The position numbers were made by a program, and so were the translations under genes. A stretch of 64,000 nucleotides of DNA, from NCBI GenBank assembly GCA_963782055.1, contig CAWAIF010000003.1:2752001-2816000 (forward strand), given 5' to 3'. The DNA comes from an uncultured delta proteobacterium. GTDB lineage: Bacteria; Myxococcota_A; Polyangia; Polyangiales; Polyangiaceae. Positions 10,502 to 18,772 of the stretch are shown here, in pieces (position 1 is the first letter of the stretch; each line of letters begins with the position of its first letter). The notes under the pieces are model-generated. The model ran no database searches and was not told the origin of the DNA. It worked only from the letters and a program-made list of their open reading frames with translations.

Positions 10502-12100
10502 ATGGACGACATCCCCGCGGACACCCTCCGGAAGCTTCGCCGCCTGACCGTCGAGGCCGACCAGCTCATCGAGGCCTGCGTGCGCGACCGGCTCTCCCTG
10601 GGCGCGCTGATGGGGCGCTTCCTGCCGGCGCTGGGGAACTGGATCGGCGTGAAGGGCGCGCTCGTCACCACGCGCAACGAGCACCTCGTCGAGGAGACGT
10701 ACACCTTCGGCGAGTGGACGCTGCTGGGCGGCGCCGACCTGCATCAGGAGGAGGAGCTGCACGCCGTCGTGGTGGGCAGCGGCACCTCGATGTGGATGAA
10801 GCTCTGCGTGGCGGGCGTCGAGGTCGGCCGGCTGGCGGTGCTCATGCCCGGCGATCGTCAGGCCGACGAGGCGGAGCTGCGCCTGCTCCTCGAGACCGTC
10901 TGCGCGGAGCTGGACGTCGTGCTCTCCACCGTGCACACCGCCGCGCACAAGCAGCGGCTCGTCGTGGAGGTGGAGGAGCTGCTCACCGACGCCGTCTTCG
11001 ATCACGGCGTCGACGCCGCGGTCCGCGCGATCTACCGCGAGATCAAGCTGGTGGACTTCGCCCTGCTCTACCACGACGAGGTGGAGCGCGGCCGCTTCCG
11101 CTACCGCATCTACCATCACGGCGAGCTGAAGTACGGATTGGAGGGCCCGCGCCACGCGCAGCTCGACGCGGCCATGGCCGAGCGCGGCGACGAGCTGCTC
11201 GACCCCGCCTCGAGCCTCCTGCGCGAGGTGCTCGGGTCGCCTCGCGGCATCGAGGTGGTGCTCTCGACCGGGATGACGCAGTCACGCCGGCTCGGCAAGG
11301 TGGTGTGCGGCGCCGACGAGCAGGGCTTCTCCGCGTTCGCGCTGGACGTGGTGCAGCTCATGACCGAGGCGATGAGCCAGCGCCTGGTCGACTTCAACCG
11401 CGAGCGGCGCCACCTCGCGCAGTTCTTCGCGCCGAGCGTCATCACCGAGCTCCTCAACGACCCGGCCTACCACCAGCGCTACCTCACACCGCGCGAGGAC
11501 GCCATCGCCGTGCTGTACGCCGACATCAACAGCTTCACCAAGCTCAGCGAGCAGGTGCTGCAGCGGCCGGCGGCCATCGCCGAGTTCGTCAACCGCTGGA
11601 GCGCCGGCGCGGTGGACTGCCTGTGGGAGAACGGCGGCGTCTTCGACAAGATGGTGGGCGACTGCGTCATCGGCCTCTTCGGGCCGCCCTTCTTCCGGGA
11701 CGCCCCCGCCGACCGCGCCGTCGCGGCGCTCAAGGCGGCCGCCGGCATCGCCAGCTTCACCGCCGCGCTCGGGGGCGAGCCCCCGTACGACGCGATCGCG
11801 CGCTCCGGCGTGGTGCCTGGGCTGGGGGTCGCCATCGGCCTCAACCTGTGCCCGATGGCGGTCGGGCTGCTGGGGCCCAACCAGGACTACACCGGCTTCT
11901 CCTCCGGCATGAACAGCGCGGCCCGCCTCCAGTCGCTGGCGGGGTATCGCGAGGCGCTCGCGATGGAGTCGGTCTGCGAGGCGGTCCGCGGGGTCGACGA
12001 CGACTTCGTGCGGCGCCTGGAGCTCGGCGAGCTGCGCGAGACGCCGGTCAAGAACGTGAAGGAGCCGATCCGCTACCGGAAGGTGACCTTCCCGGCCTGA
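10502..12100 (+). CDS. Class III adenylate/guanylate cyclase with N-terminal sensory-like region
   Basis: LYADINSFT, FDKMVGDCVIGLFG, DYT, MNSAARLQ, VKNV. The K and D residues suggest ATP specificity. ATG lies 6 nt after TATCGT. Confidence 0.88.
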   Translation: MDDIPADTLRKLRRLTVEADQLIEACVRDRLSLGALMGRFLPALGNWIGVKGALVTTRNEHLVEETYTFGEWTLLGGADLHQEEELHAVVVGSGTSMWMKLCVAGVEVGRLAVLMPGDRQADEAELRLLLETVCAELDVVLSTVHTAAHKQRLVVEVEELLTDAVFDHGVDAAVRAIYREIKLVDFALLYHDEVERGRFRYRIYHHGELKYGLEGPRHAQLDAAMAERGDELLDPASSLLREVLGSPRGIEVVLSTGMTQSRRLGKVVCGADEQGFSAFALDVVQLMTEAMSQRLVDFNRERRHLAQFFAPSVITELLNDPAYHQRYLTPREDAIAVLYADINSFTKLSEQVLQRPAAIAEFVNRWSAGAVDCLWENGGVFDKMVGDCVIGLFGPPFFRDAPADRAVAALKAAAGIASFTAALGGEPPYDAIARSGVVPGLGVAIGLNLCPMAVGLLGPNQDYTGFSSGMNSAARLQSLAGYREALAMESVCEAVRGVDDDFVRRLELGELRETPVKNVKEPIRYRKVTFPA

Positions 12101-12139
12101 GGATCACTCCGCCTCGACCCGCGCCCGCCGAACTTCGGC

Positions 12140-12145
12140 TACCAT
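12140..12145 (+). promoter_or_regulatory. Putative -10 element of a leaderless transcript (host gene of the intron)
   Basis: TACCAT followed by 7 nt and then ATG (12153); no SD; same geometry as at least 7 other genes in the window. Confidence 0.55.
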
Positions 12146-12722
12146 CGCGGCCATGGTGCGCCGTGAAGAAGCAGGTCGTCCGTCGGGCATGCCCGACGAA
12201 CGACCTGCCTCAAGCTGCGCTTCTCCAGCGGGTGAGAGTCCCGCACCGGTAAGCGTCGGAGCGCCGGGTAGCAGGCCCCAGCCGAGCGGGAGAGATCCCG
12301 TCGGCCGAGCGGGGCGTCGAAAGGGTCCACGGACCGAGCGAGCACGCGGGCCGCAACATGAAGTGAAGCTTGCAGCCTCGTCAGATCTACAAACCGGGAG
12401 CCGAGCCGATCATGTCGCGGCGAAGGCAATATCGGCGGCGCCAGATCCGAAACGCGCCGTCGGTCCCGGCGGGGTAGGGAGCGCAGCACGCGTGCAAGGA
12501 GGAGTGCGGAACTCGGGAGGCCCGTCTGCGTCGCCCTCGTCGGGGCAAGGCGCGTCGTATAAGCCAGAGGCGAAGTCGGCCGCTGCGCAGCGGGAGTCCG
12601 AGGGGGTCACTGTACCGAAGAGCGAGGCGCGAGCTTCGCGAACGAACGCCGTGAAGAACAACGCGGCAGGAGGGAAAGACCCCTGCAGTGGTCGTGTCGG
12701 CGGAGCAGGTAAGCGCGAGGGC

Positions 12723-14072
12723 ATGGCCGGCGAGACCGGTCCCAACCACCCCCATCGGCGACAGCCCATGGACAAAGTGCGACAACTGCAACGCCGGCTG
12801 TGTGCCGCGGCCAAGCGGCATCCGGAGCGCCGATTCCACGCGCTGTATGACCGCATCGCGAGGCGTGACGTCCTCGCGGAAGCGTGGAAGCGGGTAAGGA
12901 GGAACAAGGGAGCCGCGGGCGTCGATGCCCAGACGATCGCGGCGCTCGAGGTGTACGGAGTGGATCGACTCCTCGGAGAGATCCATGACGTGCTCCGTGC
13001 AGGCAGGTACCGGCCGGCAGCGGTGCTGCGCCGGTACATCCCGAAGGCCGATGGGAAGAAGCGGCCGCTTGGGATCCCGACGGTCCGAGACCGGGTGGTG
13101 CAGATGGCGACGAAGCTCGTGCTGGAGCCGATCTTCGAGGCGAGCTTTCGCTCGTGCTCGTACGGCTTCCGTATCGGGCGGAGCGCGACGGACGCCCTGG
13201 AGACGCTGAGGAAGCTCGGCGCGAAGGGGTACAACCACGTGCTCGACGCCGACATCCGTGACTACTTCGGGAGCATCGATCACGACAAGCTGATGAAGCT
13301 CGTCGAGCGGCGCATCTCGGACCGGAGGGTGCTCAAGCTGCTGCGGCAGTGGCTCACGGCGGGGGTGATGGACGAAGGCACGGTGACCAACCCCTCCAGC
13401 GGCACGCCGCAGGGCGGGGTGATCTCGCCGCTGCTCTCGAACATCTACCTCGCCGTGCTCGACGACGTGTGGACGAAGCGGTGCGCGCATCTTGGCGAGC
13501 TGGTTCGTTATGCGGACGACTTCGTCGTGATGTGCAGGACGAAGCGTGACGTCGACGAGGCCGAGCTTCGCGTGAAGCACGTGATGACGCGACTCGGGCT
13601 TGAGCTGCACCCGGACAAGACGAGGAAGCTGGACCTCTCCTGGGGTAAGAAGGGGTTCGACTTCCTCGGCTGCCACCTGCGGAAACGCTTGAGCGGGTCC
13701 ATCTGGGAGAGGTCGCGCAAACGCGTGTACTTCCTCCAGCGCTGGCCATCGGCTCGCGCGATGAAGCGGATCCGGCAGCGCGTGAGGGACCTCACCCCGC
13801 GATCACGCTGCCACGCGGACCTGCGCGACGTCGTCGCGCAGCTCAACCCCGTGCTGCGTGGCTGGGGCGAGTACTTTCGCACCGGGAACGCCGACGTGAA
13901 GTTCAACCGACTCGACGAGTACGTGTACGAACGGCTTCGAGCGCTGCGCCTGAAACGGGCCGGCTCGAAGCTCAAGGCCGGACAAGCCGAGCGCTGGACC
14001 CGCGACTACTTCGTCGAAGGCTTCGGGCTCCACCGCCTGCGCGGGACCATCCGCTACCCGGAGGCCGCGTAA
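12723..14072 (+). CDS. ltrA: Group II intron reverse transcriptase/maturase, no C-terminal endonuclease
   Basis: RFHALYD, NKGAAGVD, IPK.DGKKRPLGIPTVRDRVVQ, SYGFR, DADIRDYF, GTPQGGVISPLLSNIYL, RYADD, FDFLG, LNPVLRGW.EYF (X domain). Alternative start at 12768; the frame is open back to 12153. Confidence 0.95.
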   Translation: MAGETGPNHPHRRQPMDKVRQLQRRLCAAAKRHPERRFHALYDRIARRDVLAEAWKRVRRNKGAAGVDAQTIAALEVYGVDRLLGEIHDVLRAGRYRPAAVLRRYIPKADGKKRPLGIPTVRDRVVQMATKLVLEPIFEASFRSCSYGFRIGRSATDALETLRKLGAKGYNHVLDADIRDYFGSIDHDKLMKLVERRISDRRVLKLLRQWLTAGVMDEGTVTNPSSGTPQGGVISPLLSNIYLAVLDDVWTKRCAHLGELVRYADDFVVMCRTKRDVDEAELRVKHVMTRLGLELHPDKTRKLDLSWGKKGFDFLGCHLRKRLSGSIWERSRKRVYFLQRWPSARAMKRIRQRVRDLTPRSRCHADLRDVVAQLNPVLRGWGEYFRTGNADVKFNRLDEYVYERLRALRLKRAGSKLKAGQAERWTRDYFVEGFGLHRLRGTIRYPEAA

Positions 14073-14096
14073 TGCCGCGTCACGAGAGACCACCGG

Positions 14097-14192
14097 TAAG
14101 CCGTGTGCGGGAAATCCGCACGCACGGTTTGAGAGGGGGTCTTGACTCCAACCGCCGCCGTAGGGCGGCCAAGGTGTAAGGATCTACCAATG
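14097..14192 (+). ncRNA. Group II intron domains V and VI
   Basis: AAGCCGTGTGCGGGAAATCCGCACGCACGGTTT has the AGC triad, GAAA loop and AC bulge. DVI stem is GGGGGTCTTGAC ... GTAAGGATCT-A-CC. Confidence 0.93.
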
Positions 14193-15044
14193 CGACGCCG
14201 GTTGGCTCACCCGATCGCCACACGTGCCCTCCTGGCGTCGCTCGCCGCGCTCGGCTTCGCGGCCTTCGCCGCGTGCCACGAGGACGCCCCCGGTCCCACG
14301 ACCGACCCGTGCGCGGTGCTCTTCGGGAGCCCCAACGACAAGACCGGGCTCACAGCCGACCAGTGCAAGCCCTCGTGTGCGTGCGGCGCGGACGCGTTCG
14401 CGCCGCCTGCCTACGACTCGGCGTTCGTCGATTCGCTGGTGAGCGACTGGACGCTGGCCACCCCCTTCGCTCCCGTCGACGTCGATCCCTACGCGTCGCC
14501 GGCCCCGGCGCCGGACTCTCCGGACACGGTGTGCGGGGTGCTGCCGCAAGGTCCGCCCGGCACCGTGCCGCGCCCCTACACGCTGGTGACGTACCCCTCG
14601 ATCGACGCCGCGAGCGCGGCGGGCGCGACGCCCACGCACTACGGCCGCTGCGGCGTGTGCTCGCCGCTGGTGGACCTGGCCGTGTACATGCGCGAGCAAG
14701 ATCTCGGTGGGCCGGCGCGCGCGTGCGGGCTCGTCGGCCTCACCGACGGTGGGGCGGCCAACGTCGCGTGCCTGGAGAAGCTGGGCTTCGACCACCCGTG
14801 CGCGCAGGCGTGGTACTGGGACACGCTCAACACGCGGAAGAACTGCCTGGGCATCTGCCTCGCCACGCCGGCGGTGCCCTACGAGGAGCCGGACGGCGCG
14901 CTCAACGCGTGCGTCCAGTGTGACGAGGACCAGAGCGGGCCGGTCTTCAAGGCGGTGGCCGGTCGCACGCGGCGCAACTCCGGATTGCCGACGGCGCTTT
15001 GTCGGCCGTGCTCGGAGGTCCGCCCGATCGTGCACGCGTACTGA
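14190..15044 (+). CDS. Cys-rich lipoprotein, intron host gene (spliced form join 12153..12155,14193..15044)
   Basis: Signal MRRRLAH...FAAFAAC; motifs THYGRCGVCS, CAQAWYWD..NTRKNC, CVQCDEDQSGPVFK.VAGRTRRNSGL. Confidence 0.82.
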   Translation: MRRRLAHPIATRALLASLAALGFAAFAACHEDAPGPTTDPCAVLFGSPNDKTGLTADQCKPSCACGADAFAPPAYDSAFVDSLVSDWTLATPFAPVDVDPYASPAPAPDSPDTVCGVLPQGPPGTVPRPYTLVTYPSIDAASAAGATPTHYGRCGVCSPLVDLAVYMREQDLGGPARACGLVGLTDGGAANVACLEKLGFDHPCAQAWYWDTLNTRKNCLGICLATPAVPYEEPDGALNACVQCDEDQSGPVFKAVAGRTRRNSGLPTALCRPCSEVRPIVHAY

Positions 15045-15064
15045 GCCGGGAGGCGGGCGCGGGG

Positions 15065-16120
15065 TTACTGGTGTGCGTGCCCGTGGTGCACGTCCGGCGC
15101 GTGCTCGTGATCGTGCTCCACCGGGTCGTGCCGGTGCGGGTGCGTGTGCTCTCCCGCGACGGGGGGCTCGTGCACGTGATCGTGGTGCCCGTCGTCGTGG
15201 CGGTGCGCGTGCTCGTGCTCCAGCGCGGGGTGCGTGTGGCGGTGCCGGTGACGCTCCGTCGCGTGCAGGACGACGCCCGCGGCGAAGAGCGCGCCGGCGA
15301 TCGCCGTCCACCCGGCGTGCGACCTGTCGCCGAGCGCCCACGCGATCGCGGCGCCGACGAAGGGTGCCAGCGCGAAGATGGACCCCGTGCGCGCCGCCCC
15401 CATGCGCCGCTGCGCCAGCAGGTACAGTCGCAGGCTCAGGCCGTAGCCGGTGGCGCCGCACGCGAGCAGCACGAGGGCCGGGCCCGTCTCCGGGAGATGC
15501 TCCCGCGCGAAGAGCGCGGCCGTGCCCGTCAGCGCGACGCCCAGAGCGCCCTTCGCGGCGACGACGCGCGCCGGGTCCTGCTCGGCGAGCCCGCGCGTCA
15601 GCGTGTTGTCGAGCGCCCACGCCGCCGTCGCGCCGGCGACCGCCAGCGCCCCGAGGCCGCTCCAGCCGGCGTGCGCCGCCGGCCCCGCGGTGAGCGCGGC
15701 CCCGCCCAGCGTCATGAGCAAGAGCGCCCCCGCCACGCGCGAGCCGATGGGCTCGCGGTAGAAGGCGCGCGCGAGCAGGACGGTGAAGACCGCCTCCAGG
15801 TTGAGGAGCAGCGAGCCGGCCGTCCCCCCGGCGCGCTGCAGACCCCAGGCGAGCAGGGTGGGGGCGATGCCCGCTCCCAGGAGCGCGATCGCGAGGAGCC
15901 GGCCCAGGTGCGCGCGACGCAGCGGCGCCCCGCTCCCTGGAGAGACCGCGCCGAGCGCGAGCGCGGACGCGCAGGCCCCCGCGTAGAGCAGCGCGGCCGT
16001 GGTGAGCGGGCCCACGCCGCGCCCGGCGAGGGCCACGAAGGGCGTGGTGATCCCGAAGCTCAGCGCCGCGAGGACCGCGAGCCACGCTCCTGCCGTGAGG
16101 GGGGAGTGCCGCGTCGTCAC
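15065..16120 (-). CDS. EamA/DMT-family transporter with His-rich C-terminal tail
   Basis: About 10 TM segments, SLLLNLEAVFT, WALDNTLTR, AQRRMGAART; tail ERHRHRHTH...PDVHHGHAH. Confidence 0.9.
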   Translation of the reverse strand: MTTRHSPLTAGAWLAVLAALSFGITTPFVALAGRGVGPLTTAALLYAGACASALALGAVSPGSGAPLRRAHLGRLLAIALLGAGIAPTLLAWGLQRAGGTAGSLLLNLEAVFTVLLARAFYREPIGSRVAGALLLMTLGGAALTAGPAAHAGWSGLGALAVAGATAAWALDNTLTRGLAEQDPARVVAAKGALGVALTGTAALFAREHLPETGPALVLLACGATGYGLSLRLYLLAQRRMGAARTGSIFALAPFVGAAIAWALGDRSHAGWTAIAGALFAAGVVLHATERHRHRHTHPALEHEHAHRHDDGHHDHVHEPPVAGEHTHPHRHDPVEHDHEHAPDVHHGHAHQ

Positions 16121-16174
16121 GAGATCAGTGTAATCGCTGGCCCCGGCGCCGGTGGTCCCCGGCGGGGCAGCTCG

Positions 16175-17941
16175 TCACTTCGGCGTCGGCGGCACCACCA
16201 CGGTGTTGATGGGCTTCACGCTCGCGCCTGCCGGGTAGGCGTAGCTCGACGCGCTGGCGTAACCCCAGACGGTGATGCCGATCCGCCCGGTGCTGGTGAT
16301 CTTGTGCAGCCCGTTGTCGCACTTGCCGACGGGCGCGTTGGCGTGCCGCAGATCGACGTGCGTGTACTCGTACTGCCCGCCCGCGCCCACCGGCTGCCAC
16401 CCGGTGACGGTCCCGAGGCAGTCCAGGTTGACGTCCTTGAAGCCGTCCTTCTCCTTCACGCGCACCAGCGAGATCTCGGTGTAGCCGTAGGTCGGGTCGG
16501 TGAAGAAGATGTACGAGTTGAGGTACTGGGCGGGCGGCACGACGTTGACCGTCTCCGGCCCGCCCACGCTGTAGTCGGAGGACTCGTTGGCGATGGCGAC
16601 GTACTCGCTGCCGAGCGCCTTGATAGGCGGGATCTGCTGGTGGCCGGCGTCGCAGTCGTAGCCCGGGCGGTGGGCGGCGAGGTAGAAGGGGTGCTTGTCG
16701 TCCTGCGAGGTGACGCGGAACGCGGCCGGCCCGGGGAACTCCACGAGCTGGCCCTCGTTCAGCGTCTTGGGCGCGCCGGCGACCGGCGGGTCGTAGGTGA
16801 GGGTGGTCCCGTCGACGGTGCCGACGATGCGCCACGGCGGCGGGTTGGGGTCGGTCATGCAGAAGTGCTCGCCCCACACGCCGATCGGCTTGGTGGACTG
16901 CACGATGCTCCCGGTCAGGTCGTTGCCCTGGCTGTCGGGGAACTGCATGATGTGGACGTTCTGGCCCTTGTTGATGGTGTAGGTGACCGGGCTGCCCTTG
17001 GTCGCCCCCTTCACGCCGCCGGCCGCGGTGATGTTCTCGGTCGGCAGCAGCGTGATCTGCGTGTTGTCCTCCTGCGCGACGAGGTCGATGCCCGGCGGGA
17101 AGGCGGTGGGCTGCTCGCCCATGGTCGCGGCGACGTAGTTGGTGTCCCACGCGGTGATGGGCAGCAGCAGCGTGGCGCTGGAGATGTACGAGGCCGCGCC
17201 GCCGAACGGGTAGATGTCGTAGACGACGGCGGGCACGCTGGTCTTGATCTCCATCGCGTTGCCGATGTTCGTCCCGTGGAGGACCATGTCCTCGCTCTCG
17301 ACCGCGGCCTTGGTGCCGGCGGGGCACTGCACCTTGAACCCGCTGCCGCCCTGCGTCTGGTTCAGGAAGACGATGGCCATGCTGTCTTGCGGGATGCCCG
17401 ACTGCGGGATGGGCTGGTAGGTGATGGAGTTGCCCGAGCCCTTCGGGATGTAGGCGTAGGGCGTGGCGTCGATGGTCTTGCCCTTCCAGACGAGGGAGAC
17501 CTTCATCGACGAGGTCCAGTTGTTGGTGACGAACGCGGCGAAGCAGTTCCCGGCGGCACCGCCGCTGTTGTAGGACTGGTTCCAGGCGTCGGCCGGCAGC
17601 GCGTAGTAGTCGCAGCCGATGGAGCTCTTGTTGGCGGCGGCGGCGTCGCACGCCGCGATGCACCCCGTAGGGCCGCACCCCTGATCGCCGGTGCACGTCT
17701 GCAGGACCGTCGGGTTGTCCCCGCAGCTCAGGATCTCGTGGAGATCGCCGGAGCACTGGGTGCACTGGTTGCCGCCGTCGGACCCGCCCTCGATGTCGAA
17801 GTTGGGGTTGCCGGAGTCGTTAAGCGGGCCGCCGTCGGTGGAGGCGTCGCCGTCGCCGAAGCGGTTCTGCTCCTGTGATCCGCAGGCAAAGGCAACGATG
17901 GCGAGGCCAAGAAGAGGAAGCGAATGGACAATGCGCCGCAT
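16175..17941 (-). CDS. IgGFc-binding-domain lipoprotein (paralog 2)
   Basis: Lipobox IVAFAC; collinear with and highly similar to 801..2573 over its whole length. Confidence 0.85.
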   Translation of the reverse strand: MRRIVHSLPLLGLAIVAFACGSQEQNRFGDGDASTDGGPLNDSGNPNFDIEGGSDGGNQCTQCSGDLHEILSCGDNPTVLQTCTGDQGCGPTGCIAACDAAAANKSSIGCDYYALPADAWNQSYNSGGAAGNCFAAFVTNNWTSSMKVSLVWKGKTIDATPYAYIPKGSGNSITYQPIPQSGIPQDSMAIVFLNQTQGGSGFKVQCPAGTKAAVESEDMVLHGTNIGNAMEIKTSVPAVVYDIYPFGGAASYISSATLLLPITAWDTNYVAATMGEQPTAFPPGIDLVAQEDNTQITLLPTENITAAGGVKGATKGSPVTYTINKGQNVHIMQFPDSQGNDLTGSIVQSTKPIGVWGEHFCMTDPNPPPWRIVGTVDGTTLTYDPPVAGAPKTLNEGQLVEFPGPAAFRVTSQDDKHPFYLAAHRPGYDCDAGHQQIPPIKALGSEYVAIANESSDYSVGGPETVNVVPPAQYLNSYIFFTDPTYGYTEISLVRVKEKDGFKDVNLDCLGTVTGWQPVGAGGQYEYTHVDLRHANAPVGKCDNGLHKITSTGRIGITVWGYASASSYAYPAGASVKPINTVVVPPTPK

Positions 17942-18011
17942 GCGCAAGAATCTGCCATCCGGTCCACTCTCCGTCAATTGAAGGGGCGCGACGCGGTGCG
18001 GCGTCGGCGCG

Positions 18012-18607
18012 TCAACGCGCGGACGCCGGCCGTGCGCAGGCGCGCTCCAGCTGGCGCAGACGACGCTCCCGATGTCTCTGCGCGCGGCGCTCGCGGTCGC
18101 GTGCGCGCACGACCCAGAACCCGTACTCGGTGAGACGATCGAGGGTGGCCTCGTCGCCGAACCCAAGGCGAATGCGCATGCAGAGCGCCTCCAGGTGCCT
18201 GCGCGCCCGTGCGCACGCGCGCGGGGCGGGCCAGCGGCGCTCACCCGGCGCAAGCGCGCCGTCGAGCGCATGCCTGACGTGCCCGACGAGCACCAGCCCG
18301 AAGAACGCCCGGGCACCCGCCGACGCCCCTCCGCGGTGAGCGCGACGATGCAATCGCGCCCATCGCGCCGCCGCGTGACCAGCCCCAGCTGCTCGAGCGA
18401 CCGCATCATGCGGCTGATGGTGGAGCGCGCGACGCCGAGCCCGCGCCGAAGGTTGCTCTGCAGATGAACGCAGCCCGTCCCGAGCCGGTACAGCGCATCG
18501 AGCAGGTCGTACCGCGCCGCCGTGAGCCCCATCGCCGCCAGCGCCCGCCGCGTCAGCTTGAGCGTCGCGTAGTAGGCCCGCTTGATCGTGAAGAACACAG
18601 GGTCCAT
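18012..18607 (-). pseudogene. MarR-family regulator with a frameshift near 18314 (real lesion or sequencing error)
   Basis: GLTAARYDLL..QSNLRRGLGVARSTISRMMRSLEQLGLVTR..VALTAEGR wHTH. A plausible C-terminus (RAFFGLVLVGHV...LRQLER) continues in another frame. Confidence 0.65.
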
Positions 18608-18708
18608 CCCGCCCACCCAGAGCACGCCCCATGCCACCCCCCCTCCCCTCCAGAATGCCGCCGAAACGTCGAAGGGCGAGCCTGCTTGCAATCCGACGTT
18701 TGGTGTCC

Positions 18709-18772
18709 GGGGACAGGGAGGGGGGACAGGGGGGACAGGGGGGACAGGGGGGAGCAGGGGGACCAGGGGGAC
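18709..18772 (+). repeat. Intergenic G-rich tandem repeat, (GGGGGGACA)n-like
   Basis: About 6-7 imperfect 9-nt units with G4-G6 runs. Confidence 0.85.

Larger units (their letters stand above)
12156..14192 (+). mobile_element. Group II intron (ribozyme plus IEP), inserted directly after a start codon
   Basis: 5' GTGCG at 12156; J2/3-DIII motif GAGTC-CGA-GGGGGTCACTGTACC; RT/maturase ORF; canonical DV and DVI with bulged A14186. Removing 12156-14192 restores ATG CGA CGC CGG in frame. Confidence 0.92.

Noticed and set aside
12156..14191. Canonical AY 3' end of the intron at ...CCAAT
   Set aside because: It would leave the host gene frameshifted, put the branch A only 6 nt from the end, and mismatch gamma C12599.
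16175..18691. 838-aa MarR-IgGFc fusion protein
   Set aside because: The internal signal peptide and lipobox at 17941 match the paralog's start. The joining segment is low-complexity shadow translation caused by a frameshift.
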